Notes under the pieces: generated by a model | Told to the model about the DNA's origin: nothing | Database searches by the model: none | The model's input: only the letters and a program-made list of their open reading frames with translations | Part shown: positions 1 to 7,756 of the stretch, piece after piece | Numbering within the stretch: the stretch's first letter is position 1 | Layout: each line of letters starts with the position of its first letter | DNA from: Escherichia phage UE-S1 | Reading direction: 5' to 3' (one strand) | Length of the DNA stretch: 64,000 bases | Sequence record: ON568341.1 | Position numbers and translations under genes: made by a program

Positions 1-258
1 AATTACGGTTTCAATTCAGGCGGTTGTGAAAAATATCAGTACTTTATAACTGCTGATGGCGGTGTCCTGGGTATTAATACAGTTATTGTAAACATTCAGA
101 AAATTAATTTCAATGATCCAGACGATAGCCAGTTTTACATTATAGGCGTAGACGTGAACTATGAGGATGACTCACTAACTGATGATTACACTGGCGAGAA
201 GTTAGAAAGTGCATACGGTGAAGATGATTATCAGTCAGTACCAGAAGATTTCGAATAA
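1..258 (+). CDS. hypothetical protein, 5-prime truncated at window edge
   Basis: frame 1 open from base 1 to TAA 256-258; promoter follows immediately. Confidence 0.45.
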   Translation, partial: NYGFNSGGCEKYQYFITADGGVLGINTVIVNIQKINFNDPDDSQFYIIGVDVNYEDDSLTDDYTGEKLESAYGEDDYQSVPEDFE

Positions 259-272
259 TATTAAAAAATAGT

Positions 273-300
273 TTGACAATAGATTATAGTACTGTATAAT
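273..300 (+). promoter_or_regulatory. sigma70-type promoter (TTGACA-16-TATAAT)
   Basis: TTGACA 273-278, TATAAT 295-300. Confidence 0.6.
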
Positions 301-317
301 AGTTTACATCAAGAAAC

Positions 318-337
318 GGGAAGTAACAGTACTTCCC
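318..337 (+). promoter_or_regulatory. 5-prime UTR stem-loop (GGGAAGTA / TACTTCCC)
   Basis: perfect 8-bp stem, 4-nt loop, between promoter and RBS; same architecture recurs upstream of many early genes. Confidence 0.5.
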
Positions 338-358
338 TACTAACAGAGAGAAAACAAA

Positions 359-571
359 ATGGCTGATATCCGCACTTTACTGAAAAATGCAAAACGAGTT
401 TTATTTTCTGATCACGAACATTTAAACAAGGATATTACTGGCGTTCGGAATATCAAAGATGTAAAACGTGTTATGGGTATCTATTGCAATATGAAACGTG
501 TTGGCACGTTCGGTAATAAATTTCTATACCAGGCGGGGGATTACAATTTTACACTGACTATCATTAACTAA
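359..571 (+). CDS. hypothetical small early protein (70 aa)
   Basis: ORF track; promoter + hairpin + A/G-rich RBS upstream. Confidence 0.6.
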   Translation: MADIRTLLKNAKRVLFSDHEHLNKDITGVRNIKDVKRVMGIYCNMKRVGTFGNKFLYQAGDYNFTLTIIN

Positions 572-590
572 AAATATTATCACAGTACTA

Positions 591-619
591 TTGACATAGT
601 TTGATAGTACTGGCATAAT
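591..619 (+). promoter_or_regulatory. sigma70-type promoter (TTGACA-17-CATAAT)
   Basis: TTGACA 591-596, CATAAT 614-619. Confidence 0.55.
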
Positions 620-653
620 AGATTTTATCAACTACACTACTAAGGAATTAAAA

Positions 654-833
654 ATGGCTATCATCGCAAAAACTGAAATCATCGGCCTGGATTCTATCAT
701 CATGACGTTTGAAGATCAAAAAGGTATGTATGTAGTTTCCTATGGTGATTATGTTCGGGAGTATGAAACAGTAGACGAAGCCTTTGAAAGTTACATTCGC
801 CAGGTGAATAAAGCATACGACGATTACCGCTAA
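654..833 (+). CDS. hypothetical small protein (59 aa)
   Basis: ATG 654 after RBS AAGGAA; not in ORF track (below 60 aa); stop TAA 831-833. Confidence 0.5.
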   Translation: MAIIAKTEIIGLDSIIMTFEDQKGMYVVSYGDYVREYETVDEAFESYIRQVNKAYDDYR

Positions 834-860
834 AATATATTACCAGTACTATTAAAGATA

Positions 861-889
861 TTGACAACGTTTGATAGTACTGGCATAAT
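861..889 (+). promoter_or_regulatory. sigma70-type promoter (TTGACA-17-CATAAT)
   Basis: near-identical copy of promoter at 591-619. Confidence 0.55.
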
Positions 890-946
890 AAGTTTTATAA
901 ACAGTAGTCAAATAGTAGTTAACTTAACAAAAGAGAGAGAAACAAA

Positions 947-1090
947 ATGATCGCACTGGATTCATTCATCGATGCAGTTCTGGCAAAAACTGGCGAGGAT
1001 CTGACCGCAGAACAATACGCAATGATCGAGCAATGCCAGCAAGACGGTAAATCGGTGAAAGATACTGTTAAGATTATCCGCAAGATGTAA
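947..1090 (+). CDS. hypothetical small protein (47 aa)
   Basis: ATG 947 after AGAGAGAGAAACAAA RBS; terminator-like hairpin follows. Confidence 0.45.
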   Translation: MIALDSFIDAVLAKTGEDLTAEQYAMIEQCQQDGKSVKDTVKIIRKM

Positions 1091-1096
1091 GATTAT

Positions 1097-1124
1097 AAGC
1101 CCATTAGTTAACGCTGGTGGGCTT
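1097..1124 (+). terminator. terminator-like hairpin (AAGCCCA / TGGGCTT)
   Basis: 7-bp stem, weak T-run. Confidence 0.3.
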
Positions 1125-1196
1125 TAATCATTTACCCTATACAATGCCAGTACTAAACCGTTTATCTCATTAGAATGCATTACAGGACGTTTAACA

Positions 1197-1394
1197 ATGA
1201 TTAGCATGAAATCAGTACAAAAACAAATAGAAACATTATCAAAAATTAAACGTAAACAGTACTCATTAGAATATAATATCAATGGTAACTATCATCTAAT
1301 GAAAGAGAATAATTTTATCGTCATTGATGAATCATTGCAAATTATTAGTATAGTACTGAAAGCATTAATTAATGATAGAAAAAGGTTAAAATAA
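1197..1394 (+). CDS. hypothetical protein (65 aa)
   Basis: ORF track; weak RBS; 1-nt overlap with next gene. Confidence 0.4.
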   Translation: MISMKSVQKQIETLSKIKRKQYSLEYNINGNYHLMKENNFIVIDESLQIISIVLKALINDRKRLK

Positions 1395-1651
1395 TGGCAG
1401 TAGGATTCGCGAAAGATGGAGCCGAGCAAGATGAGATTAACGCAGTTATTCAAGCCGCCGTTAACCACGCTAGAAAGCAAATTAACGCACAAATAGAATC
1501 ACTGATACATTGCCTCGACTGCGGCGATAAAATCCCTGAGAATCGCCGACAGGCTGTTAAGGGATGTAAGTACTGCATTAATTGCCAAGTGGATCATGAT
1601 AGTACTTTTAAAAGAGATCCGCGTAATTGTTGGCATAGATCTATGAGATAA
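1394..1651 (+). CDS. putative TraR/DksA-like C4 zinc-finger protein
   Basis: CLDCGDKIPENRRQAVKGCKYCINCQ matches the Cx2C-x17-Cx2C pattern of TraR/DksA zinc fingers. Confidence 0.5.
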   Translation: MAVGFAKDGAEQDEINAVIQAAVNHARKQINAQIESLIHCLDCGDKIPENRRQAVKGCKYCINCQVDHDSTFKRDPRNCWHRSMR

Positions 1652-1658
1652 AAAGTAA

Positions 1659-1686
1659 TTGACAGTACTGAAAGATAGTGTATAAT
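1659..1686 (+). promoter_or_regulatory. sigma70-type promoter (TTGACA-16-TATAAT)
   Basis: TTGACA 1659-1664, TATAAT 1681-1686. Confidence 0.6.
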
Positions 1687-1715
1687 GTTTTATATCTTAA
1701 CTGAGGATAGAAATC

Positions 1716-2072
1716 ATGGGAATACAACATATCACGCGGACCACTGACAATGGCGAGATCACTGGTTATCAAGTACAGGGCAAAGTAGCACAATTGCAGT
1801 ACTGGTTTGTTAAACGTGGAATCATTGCACCGGATCTTGATTATGACCGTGTAGCGTTTATTGATTCTCTTTATGTTGATCCTGATAGTCGGGGCAATGG
1901 TGAAGGTAACGAATTAATGAATGCCTTTATCGATGCCGCCGATGATTCAGATTGTATCATCTTAGAATGCGATACGGGAGAAGATAACGCCTTTAATCTT
2001 AAAGAATGGTACGAAGGATTCGGATTCGAGGTACTGATCGATAGTGAATATCCTATCATGATTTTATCATAG
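1716..2072 (+). CDS. hypothetical protein, possible GNAT-like acetyltransferase
   Basis: VDPDSRGNGEGNELMNAF resembles GNAT motif A (R-x-x-G-x-G); 118 aa. Confidence 0.45.
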   Translation: MGIQHITRTTDNGEITGYQVQGKVAQLQYWFVKRGIIAPDLDYDRVAFIDSLYVDPDSRGNGEGNELMNAFIDAADDSDCIILECDTGEDNAFNLKEWYEGFGFEVLIDSEYPIMILS

Positions 2073-2150
2073 TACTTGCATTTAGTTTTCAGTACTGTTA
2101 TAGTACTTGCATCAAGGGGAAACATCTTCCCCTACTAAGAGGAAATAAAA

Positions 2151-2339
2151 ATGGAAAACTTATCAAGTATTTTAGTACAAGATGATTTCGGTAATCCTGG
2201 AAGTGCTATCATTGTTCGGGGCAATAAAGCAACGTTTGTTATTGCTGGTGGACCCGTACAGCGTAGCATTAAAAATAATGCTGTTACCATTAATAATGTA
2301 CGCTATCGCTTAGATAAAGAATTAATTCATAAACTGTAA
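2151..2339 (+). CDS. hypothetical small early protein (62 aa)
   Basis: promoter, GGGGAA..TTCCCC hairpin and RBS upstream. Confidence 0.55.
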   Translation: MENLSSILVQDDFGNPGSAIIVRGNKATFVIAGGPVQRSIKNNAVTINNVRYRLDKELIHKL

Positions 2340-2347
2340 AAAAGTAC

Positions 2348-2375
2348 TGGACAATAGATTATAGTACTGTATAAT
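2348..2375 (+). promoter_or_regulatory. sigma70-type promoter (TGGACA-16-TATAAT)
   Basis: near-copy of promoter at 273-300. Confidence 0.55.
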
Positions 2376-2424
2376 AGTTTACATGAAGGGGAGAAATGAT
2401 TCTCCCCACTAAGAGGAAAGAAAA

Positions 2425-2637
2425 ATGCAAGGTCAACTAATCGTTCGTAAATGGTCTGATACTAACGAAAAACCGTGGGATGTACAATACATCGCCCCAA
2501 ATGGTGAATCCAGATATCAACCAGGTGTAACGCATAGTACTGAGCAATTCGCCGCCGCTCATCGCGAACGTCTGTTACAATCAATGCAGCACGGTTCCGG
2601 TGAAAAATTCATTCAGGATCATTGGCTGAAAGATTAA
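2425..2637 (+). CDS. hypothetical small early protein (70 aa)
   Basis: promoter, hairpin and RBS AAGAGGAAAG upstream. Confidence 0.6.
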   Translation: MQGQLIVRKWSDTNEKPWDVQYIAPNGESRYQPGVTHSTEQFAAAHRERLLQSMQHGSGEKFIQDHWLKD

Positions 2638-2644
2638 AAAGTAC

Positions 2645-2672
2645 TTGCACAGTACTGAATAAAGTGTATAAT
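2645..2672 (+). promoter_or_regulatory. sigma70-type promoter (TTGCAC-16-TATAAT)
   Basis: TTGCAC 2645-2650, TATAAT 2667-2672. Confidence 0.55.
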
Positions 2673-2723
2673 GTTTTATATCGGAAGGGGAATAGTTCCC
2701 CTCCTAACAAAGAGGAAAGTATA

Positions 2724-2897
2724 ATGGTCCAGGTAGAATTAACAGTACTGAAAGATCTGTTTTATCGGATTGGTACTACTGGCGAATATCCGAAGGGTGA
2801 TAATGCAAAACTTTACGTATCACTCGACTTATGGCAACGCGAACAATTAGCAACGGCCTGGCGTAAAGGCAAAGCAGATAGCGAGGTGAAAGCATGA
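2724..2897 (+). CDS. hypothetical small protein (57 aa)
   Basis: ATG 2724 after RBS; track ORF 2622-2897 would run through the promoter, so the internal start is preferred. Confidence 0.5.
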   Translation: MVQVELTVLKDLFYRIGTTGEYPKGDNAKLYVSLDLWQREQLATAWRKGKADSEVKA

Positions 2898-3043
2898 AAG
2901 AATTCTTATTTGAAGTAGTGTTTCAAGGTGTCGGTAATAACCAACTGATTCGAACAAGTGGTTATAATGTTAACCAGGCATGGAATAACATTAAACAAAT
3001 GTACCCGAACGCTATCACATATCGCAACCCGAAAGAAGTTTAA
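2894..3043 (+). CDS. hypothetical small protein (49 aa)
   Basis: ATGA overlap with upstream stop; not in track (below 60 aa). Confidence 0.4.
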   Translation: MKEFLFEVVFQGVGNNQLIRTSGYNVNQAWNNIKQMYPNAITYRNPKEV

Positions 3044-3052
3044 AAATAATTG

Positions 3053-3093
3053 AAAAAGGGATTGACTCCGGTCAGTCCCTTTGCTATTATATA
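3053..3093 (+). promoter_or_regulatory. repeated promoter-like dyad element, copy 1 (TTGACT-17-TATTAT)
   Basis: AAAAAGGGATTGACTCCGGTCAGTCCCTTTGCTATTATATA; exact copies at 6060 and 8319. Confidence 0.55.
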
Positions 3094-3191
3094 CGCATAG
3101 AAACAAATTAGCCCACCGGGTGCATAAATGTATCTATTGTTTGCTGGTGGCTAGTACTATCAAGTACTGAAAACTATTTTTAAAAAAGTAC

Positions 3192-3219
3192 TTGCAAAGT
3201 ATCACGATAAGCGTATAAT
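3192..3219 (+). promoter_or_regulatory. sigma70-type promoter (TTGCAA-16-TATAAT)
   Basis: TTGCAA 3192-3197, TATAAT 3214-3219; structured ORF-less segment downstream. Confidence 0.5.
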
Positions 3220-3307
3220 GTTTTACATCAGGACGGGGAACGAAATAAGTAACCCCGTTAAGTAGTCCAGGAGTAAGACATACGAAAAACTCCCCTGATA
3301 AAATAGT

Positions 3308-3335
3308 TTGACAATAGAAAGTAAACGAGTATAAT
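3308..3335 (+). promoter_or_regulatory. sigma70-type promoter (TTGACA-16-TATAAT)
   Basis: TTGACA 3308-3313, TATAAT 3330-3335. Confidence 0.55.
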
Positions 3336-3368
3336 ACTTACATCAACCACTGATAAGGAAACATTAAA

Positions 3369-3644
3369 ATGCGGACTTTACTTACAGCTAACGAAATCGA
3401 GCAAGTACTGACTACTAATCTGGAACAATGGAAACGTGAAGCAGATATCCAGGCGGTTCAATGCCTTAACGATAAGTTAACGCCAGATGACTTAAGCACG
3501 ATTGTTGATCCACAATTTTATGAAGATATTCACGACACGTCTTTAAGCGTCGAGGATGTACTTGATAAGCACTACATTGATACTGATTTACATGTTTACG
3601 GTCGTAAAAACTTTATCACTATTCACGACATTTACAATACTTAA
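3369..3644 (+). CDS. hypothetical early protein (91 aa)
   Basis: promoter and RBS upstream. Confidence 0.6.
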   Translation: MRTLLTANEIEQVLTTNLEQWKREADIQAVQCLNDKLTPDDLSTIVDPQFYEDIHDTSLSVEDVLDKHYIDTDLHVYGRKNFITIHDIYNT

Positions 3645-3647
3645 GTA

Positions 3648-3675
3648 TTGACAAAGTATCTTAGTACTGTATAAT
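3648..3675 (+). promoter_or_regulatory. sigma70-type promoter (TTGACA-16-TATAAT)
   Basis: TTGACA 3648-3653, TATAAT 3670-3675. Confidence 0.55.
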
Positions 3676-3731
3676 AGTTTACATCAAGCGAGGGGAATGG
3701 TTCCCCTCCTAACAAAGAGAGAGAAATAAAA

Positions 3732-4055
3732 ATGGCTATGATCCTTACCCAGAAAGTAGAACTGAAAATTGTAACCTCCTTTGACATTAAAGTTAATCGG
3801 TGGACTGATAGCCACGGCAATACTTACCACTCCTGCTACGTGTCCGCATTGATTGGTGATCGCTGGGAAGACCTGGGACACGAAACCTTTACATACGGTT
3901 ACGGCACACAAGGCGAGTACACGGGTTTAGAAATCATTAAGGAAACTGTAATAGGTTTCAACCCGAAAGAGAAAGTACTACACAGAATTGAGAAAGAGAT
4001 CAACAAAGAAATTACAGTTCGCTACTACGATGTAAAACGTAAGAAAGACATGTAA
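3732..4055 (+). CDS. hypothetical early protein (107 aa)
   Basis: promoter, GGGGAATGGTTCCCC hairpin, RBS. Confidence 0.6.
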   Translation: MAMILTQKVELKIVTSFDIKVNRWTDSHGNTYHSCYVSALIGDRWEDLGHETFTYGYGTQGEYTGLEIIKETVIGFNPKEKVLHRIEKEINKEITVRYYDVKRKKDM

Positions 4056-4077
4056 TAGAATCCATTTAAAGTACTAT

Positions 4078-4106
4078 TTGACATTGCCCAGATAGTACTT
4101 TATAAT
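4078..4106 (+). promoter_or_regulatory. sigma70-type promoter (TTGACA-17-TATAAT)
   Basis: TTGACA 4078-4083, TATAAT 4101-4106. Confidence 0.55.
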
Positions 4107-4150
4107 AGACTCTAACTTGTAGTACTAACTCAACTAATAGGATGTATACC

Positions 4151-4546
4151 ATGATTACTAAATTCTACGCTACCCGTGAAGCTGCCCGTATTGTTGCACG
4201 CGAGGAAGGAGCAGCATTTAAAGACATGGGCAAAGATGCAACGAAAGGTCAACGCTGGGCCGTACAGTTCAAAGAAATCTCTGATATTGTGAATTCACCT
4301 GAGCCAGTACTGACAGCAGCAGAACTAAAACGAGCGGATATGCTGGCGGCAATACTTGACGCACAAGATGAGTTTATCGCTGACTCTGATATCAAAGTAC
4401 AGGTAAACCACACCGCATGGACTCACGCGGATCACCTGGCAAACCTTAAGCGTCCAAGTGAACTGATTCGCAACCAGAAAGAGATCCGACATGATCGTAA
4501 GGGTAATCGTGTAACAGTATACAGTAAACGCCGCCAGGTTATCTAA
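4151..4546 (+). CDS. hypothetical protein (131 aa; alternative start 4142)
   Basis: AGGA RBS 9 nt upstream of ATG 4151; intrinsic terminator follows. Confidence 0.6.
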   Translation: MITKFYATREAARIVAREEGAAFKDMGKDATKGQRWAVQFKEISDIVNSPEPVLTAAELKRADMLAAILDAQDEFIADSDIKVQVNHTAWTHADHLANLKRPSELIRNQKEIRHDRKGNRVTVYSKRRQVI

Positions 4547-4568
4547 TAACTTGCAGTACTAACAACAC

Positions 4569-4593
4569 GGCGGGATCAGTTCCCGCCTTTTTT
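4569..4593 (+). terminator. rho-independent terminator
   Basis: GGCGGGA / TCCCGCC stem followed by TTTTTT. Confidence 0.7.
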
Positions 4594-4607
4594 ATAGGAC
4601 AAACAAA

Positions 4608-4862
4608 ATGATTAAGGTTCAACTATATAAAGATAACATCTTACGGGTACACTATAAAGCACCTCAGAGAATCATCACAAAGGCCGTACAGCTTGCTAAT
4701 GAGTTTATTAATGGTAACCTATTACCTAGGAAGTTAAGCAACGGAAAACTGCGTGTAATCGACGTGGACACTAACAACAGGATAGTAATCGAGAACACAG
4801 GAAAAATAAACCTATATGAACACCAACAATACAATAAGAAAATAAAACTAATATCACGTTGA
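4608..4862 (+). CDS. hypothetical protein (84 aa)
   Basis: RBS GGACAAACAAA upstream. Confidence 0.5.
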   Translation: MIKVQLYKDNILRVHYKAPQRIITKAVQLANEFINGNLLPRKLSNGKLRVIDVDTNNRIVIENTGKINLYEHQQYNKKIKLISR

Positions 4863-4887
4863 CAGTACTCAAATGTTTTAGTATTAT
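4859..4887 (+). promoter_or_regulatory. sigma70-type promoter (TTGACA-17-TATTAT), duplicated unit A
   Basis: 60-bp promoter/5-prime UTR block nearly identical to 5135-5191. Confidence 0.5.
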
Positions 4888-4915
4888 GTACACATACCAA
4901 CACGGGAGAAACAAA

Positions 4916-5134
4916 ATGAAATTATCTAAAATCGAAAAGAAAACTATTGATGAAGCAGTTAAGCACGGTTATACCTTTCGTAATGATTCACATTTTACCA
5001 ATTTTCAACAGGGGTATCGTACTATTAAAAAACTAATTGACAAAGGTTTATTAGTTGAAGTCAATAATGGGAACGGTATCGAGTATCAGCCAACCCAAGA
5101 CGCATTATCTTTAAAGAAATATAATATTATCTAA
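4916..5134 (+). CDS. hypothetical protein (72 aa)
   Basis: ATG 4916 after GGGAGAAACAAA RBS; track ORF from 4859 includes the promoter. Confidence 0.55.
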   Translation: MKLSKIEKKTIDEAVKHGYTFRNDSHFTNFQQGYRTIKKLIDKGLLVEVNNGNGIEYQPTQDALSLKKYNII

Positions 5135-5163
5135 TTGACAGTACTCAAATGTTTTAGTACTAT
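5135..5163 (+). promoter_or_regulatory. sigma70-type promoter (TTGACA-17-TACTAT), duplicated unit B
   Basis: copy of 4859-4887 block. Confidence 0.5.
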
Positions 5164-5191
5164 ATGTACATACCAACACGGGGGAAACAAA

Positions 5192-5434
5192 ATGATTACT
5201 TTAGAAAAACGTATCAAAGAAACTACATCGCTGGTGGAACTGTTAACAGTACTCAAATGTAAAACAACACCATTTAGCACGCCGGACTTTATTAATATGG
5301 TTGATGTTAATGGTCGCTATCGTATCACGGTCGAACAAGGAGCGGCGAAAGTATTCAGTACTAAAAACACGAAGGAAGTGATCCACGCCGTTAATGTTAA
5401 AAAAGTAGTTGCCATTGATAGTAAAGTACTGTAA
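5192..5434 (+). CDS. hypothetical protein (80 aa)
   Basis: ATG 5192 after GGGGGAAACAAA RBS. Confidence 0.55.
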   Translation: MITLEKRIKETTSLVELLTVLKCKTTPFSTPDFINMVDVNGRYRITVEQGAAKVFSTKNTKEVIHAVNVKKVVAIDSKVL

Positions 5435-5465
5435 TATAGTTTCATTAACTCAAGGAGAACATGCA

Positions 5466-6050
5466 ATGCGTAATTATACTAAATTCATCCGTACACTGTC
5501 AGAAATGGAAACCAACAAAGAGATCCTTTCAGCTTGTCGGTTAGCTGGCCTGGAGATCATCGGTGCTGGTTCTTCCCGTATAGTTTTCGCTTTAAATGAT
5601 CGGTTAGTGATTAAGGTCGCGAATTGTGATGCGGGTGTAGAACAAAATGAAACTGAATGTAAGGTATGGAATTTTTTAGACTATGACCGCCCTCAGTTGA
5701 AACAGTACTTTGCAAAGGTGCATATGCATTTATGCGATCCTGATAATATGTTTATCGTTATGGATCGGTTGAGTACTGCAAGCAAAGGTAGTGTGAAGCA
5801 CGTAAACGCGTGCAATGAATTAAAGTACAATATTAAACGTAATGCAATCGAACGCCATCACCGCTTTGCTGATGCACTACAACACGTCGATGATACATTA
5901 TCAACACTAACGATAAGAGATATCAGAAAACAGAATATCGGCCAGGATCGTAATGGCCTTATTAAAGTACTTGATTACGGTTTAACCTGCAATATCTGGA
6001 ATCAGTACTATAAAAAGCGTGATGTGGCAGCAAGTAAGGTAACACGATAA
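5466..6050 (+). CDS. putative minimal Hanks-type protein kinase-like protein
   Basis: GAGSSRIV (Gly loop), VIK (lysine), IRDIRKQNIG (catalytic loop), LDYG (DFG-like) in canonical order; RBS AAGGAGAA. Confidence 0.45.
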   Translation: MRNYTKFIRTLSEMETNKEILSACRLAGLEIIGAGSSRIVFALNDRLVIKVANCDAGVEQNETECKVWNFLDYDRPQLKQYFAKVHMHLCDPDNMFIVMDRLSTASKGSVKHVNACNELKYNIKRNAIERHHRFADALQHVDDTLSTLTIRDIRKQNIGQDRNGLIKVLDYGLTCNIWNQYYKKRDVAASKVTR

Positions 6051-6059
6051 AAAAGATTA

Positions 6060-6100
6060 AAAAAGGGATTGACTCCGGTCAGTCCCTTTGCTATTATATA
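6060..6100 (+). promoter_or_regulatory. repeated promoter-like dyad element, copy 2
   Basis: TTGACT 6069-6074, TATTAT 6092-6097. Confidence 0.55.
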
Positions 6101-6191
6101 TCCATTGAGAGATAACTCACTGACCCATAGGGTGCGGAAGTGTATCTATTATATAAGTATTCAGTACTGAAAACTATTTTTAAAAAAGTAC

Positions 6192-6219
6192 TTGCAAACT
6201 ATCTCAATGAGCGTATAAT
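6192..6219 (+). promoter_or_regulatory. sigma70-type promoter (TTGCAA-16-TATAAT)
   Basis: copy of promoter at 3192-3219. Confidence 0.55.
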
Positions 6220-6274
6220 GTTTTATATCGAGAGGGGGAAATGGTTCTCCCTAGTACTAAAAGGAATCAAGACG

Positions 6275-6496
6275 ATGACTACTATGACCTGCGTTCACGC
6301 TTCAAATCTTCTGAATGATGCAGCATTTAAAGCAGGTGAAGAATATCAATGCTATCGGGATGAAAATAAAAAAGTTTTTGTAGTTGATAATAATGGTTTC
6401 CATATTGAATTACAATCCGGCTTCACTGGTTTAAATGGTAAATCAGTATGGGGCGTACAGGATGATAAAGGTACATATCATTTTAAACGTAATTAA
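6275..6496 (+). CDS. hypothetical protein (73 aa)
   Basis: ATG 6275 after hairpin and AAAAGGAA RBS; track start 6140 lies upstream of the promoter. Confidence 0.5.
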   Translation: MTTMTCVHASNLLNDAAFKAGEEYQCYRDENKKVFVVDNNGFHIELQSGFTGLNGKSVWGVQDDKGTYHFKRN

Positions 6497-6499
6497 GTA

Positions 6500-6527
6500 T
6501 TGACAAAGTATATCAGTACTGTATAAT
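6500..6527 (+). promoter_or_regulatory. sigma70-type promoter (TTGACA-16-TATAAT)
   Basis: TTGACA 6500-6505, TATAAT 6522-6527. Confidence 0.55.
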
Positions 6528-6577
6528 AGTTTACATCAAGGGGAGAATGGTTCTCCCCACTAAAAGGAAACAAAATT

Positions 6578-6850
6578 ATGTCCAGCTACTCCGCTACTAT
6601 GATCATTAAAGATATGAACGGTAATCCTACTTCTGCTGGTGGATCATTTGGAAACATTAATTTAGATGGTCGGTTATCCATGCAATCAGCCATCGATGCA
6701 GCGAAAGAAGTTTTTAAGAATGAATGTACTGTTAGTAAGCTGGATTATATGGGTTTCGCTATCGAGAAAACTACTCGTTTTGTGAACTACAAAAATCCAC
6801 TGATGATTGATACTAACCTGAAAGCTAACGAAGTGGGGTACTTATTATGA
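6578..6850 (+). CDS. hypothetical protein (90 aa)
   Basis: promoter, hairpin, RBS. Confidence 0.6.
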   Translation: MSSYSATMIIKDMNGNPTSAGGSFGNINLDGRLSMQSAIDAAKEVFKNECTVSKLDYMGFAIEKTTRFVNYKNPLMIDTNLKANEVGYLL

Positions 6851-7038
6851 CAGTAGAAGAAGTAAAAAAAGTACTGGCAGTACTACGATATCATAATCAT
6901 TGCAAGGTGAAGAATGATCCTGATTATCTTGATTCATCCCTGGAGGAAGACACCTTGAACGCTATAAGCCATATGCAGACATTAGCAAAGCGTATGACTG
7001 AAAAGAACATGCCGGACTATATCGGAAATAAAATTTAA
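6847..7038 (+). CDS. hypothetical protein (63 aa)
   Basis: ATGA overlap with upstream gene. Confidence 0.5.
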   Translation: MTVEEVKKVLAVLRYHNHCKVKNDPDYLDSSLEEDTLNAISHMQTLAKRMTEKNMPDYIGNKI

Positions 7039-7045
7039 AAAGTAC

Positions 7046-7073
7046 TTGCATTGTAGTTAGATTAACGTATAAT
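7046..7073 (+). promoter_or_regulatory. sigma70-type promoter (TTGCAT-16-TATAAT)
   Basis: TTGCAT 7046-7051, TATAAT 7068-7073. Confidence 0.5.
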
Positions 7074-7124
7074 GTTTTATATCGAGAGGGGAAATGGTTT
7101 CCCCTCAAGTCCAGGAGATACACC

Positions 7125-7388
7125 ATGAACACTATCGAAATCACTATCAATGCACACGTATACGACAACGTAGTACTGCAAACTACTATGACCGCCAATG
7201 ATACCAGTACTTTGCGGAATACTGTTATTAGTGCTGTATGTGCCGCTATCGGTGATGTATCCCTGGAAAATTCAGAACACATCAACAACGGTTTCACTAT
7301 GTGCAAACGTGATAACGCAAAACATATCATCGTGGAAGGTTACGGCGGTGTAGAATTTAATGTTTATATGAAAAAAGTACTTGCATAA
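7125..7388 (+). CDS. hypothetical protein (87 aa)
   Basis: promoter, hairpin, RBS CAGGAGA. Confidence 0.6.
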   Translation: MNTIEITINAHVYDNVVLQTTMTANDTSTLRNTVISAVCAAIGDVSLENSEHINNGFTMCKRDNAKHIIVEGYGGVEFNVYMKKVLA

Positions 7389-7408
7389 TAACTAAAACAA
7401 AGTATAAT
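7381..7408 (+). promoter_or_regulatory. sigma70-type promoter (TTGCAT-16-TATAAT)
   Basis: overlaps 3-prime end of preceding gene. Confidence 0.5.
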
Positions 7409-7455
7409 GTTTTGCATAGGGGGAGATATCCTCCCCCACTAAAAGGAGTAATAAA

Positions 7456-7680
7456 ATGGCTAACTTTGATGAACTGATGCGGGAAGTAGCTTACCTGGCA
7501 GAAGAGAAGAAATCATTCGATTCTATCTATAACACCGCTCACCGTGATTCAGTACTGGCATGTAACCAGGATCAAAAAGATGAACTAATCGCCACCTATC
7601 ATGAAGCATGGAAGTACTACCGACAATGGGAGAAAGAAGAAAGTGAGTCTACCATTGACGGCCTCAATAATCTAATCTAA
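7456..7680 (+). CDS. hypothetical protein (74 aa)
   Basis: promoter, GGGGGAGATATCCTCCCCC hairpin, RBS. Confidence 0.6.
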   Translation: MANFDELMREVAYLAEEKKSFDSIYNTAHRDSVLACNQDQKDELIATYHEAWKYYRQWEKEESESTIDGLNNLI

Positions 7681-7699
7681 AAGTTTTATTTCAGTACTA

Positions 7700-7728
7700 T
7701 TGACATAGCTTGATAGTACTGATGTAAT
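7700..7728 (+). promoter_or_regulatory. sigma70-type promoter (TTGACA-17-TGTAAT)
   Basis: TTGACA 7700-7705. Confidence 0.5.
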
Positions 7729-7756
7729 AACTTTACTAACTACAAGGGGAAACATA

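Noticed and set aside
2622-2897. Track ORF starts that extend upstream through promoters (2622, 4859, 5135, 6140, 8910, 51432 and similar)
   Set aside because: The upstream extensions run through promoter and hairpin sequence and lack RBSs; internal ATGs with proper RBS spacing were used instead.
3097-3190. Annotating the ORF-less promoter-proximal segments as ncRNA features
   Set aside because: Transcription and ends are unproven, so they are reported as findings only.
6962-7330. 122-aa ORF on the minus strand
   Set aside because: Entirely antisense to two + strand genes that have promoters and RBSs; no promoter or RBS of its own. Same reasoning applies to the other minus-strand track ORFs (for example 3684-3911, 22338-22646, 43002-43298, 53386-53664).
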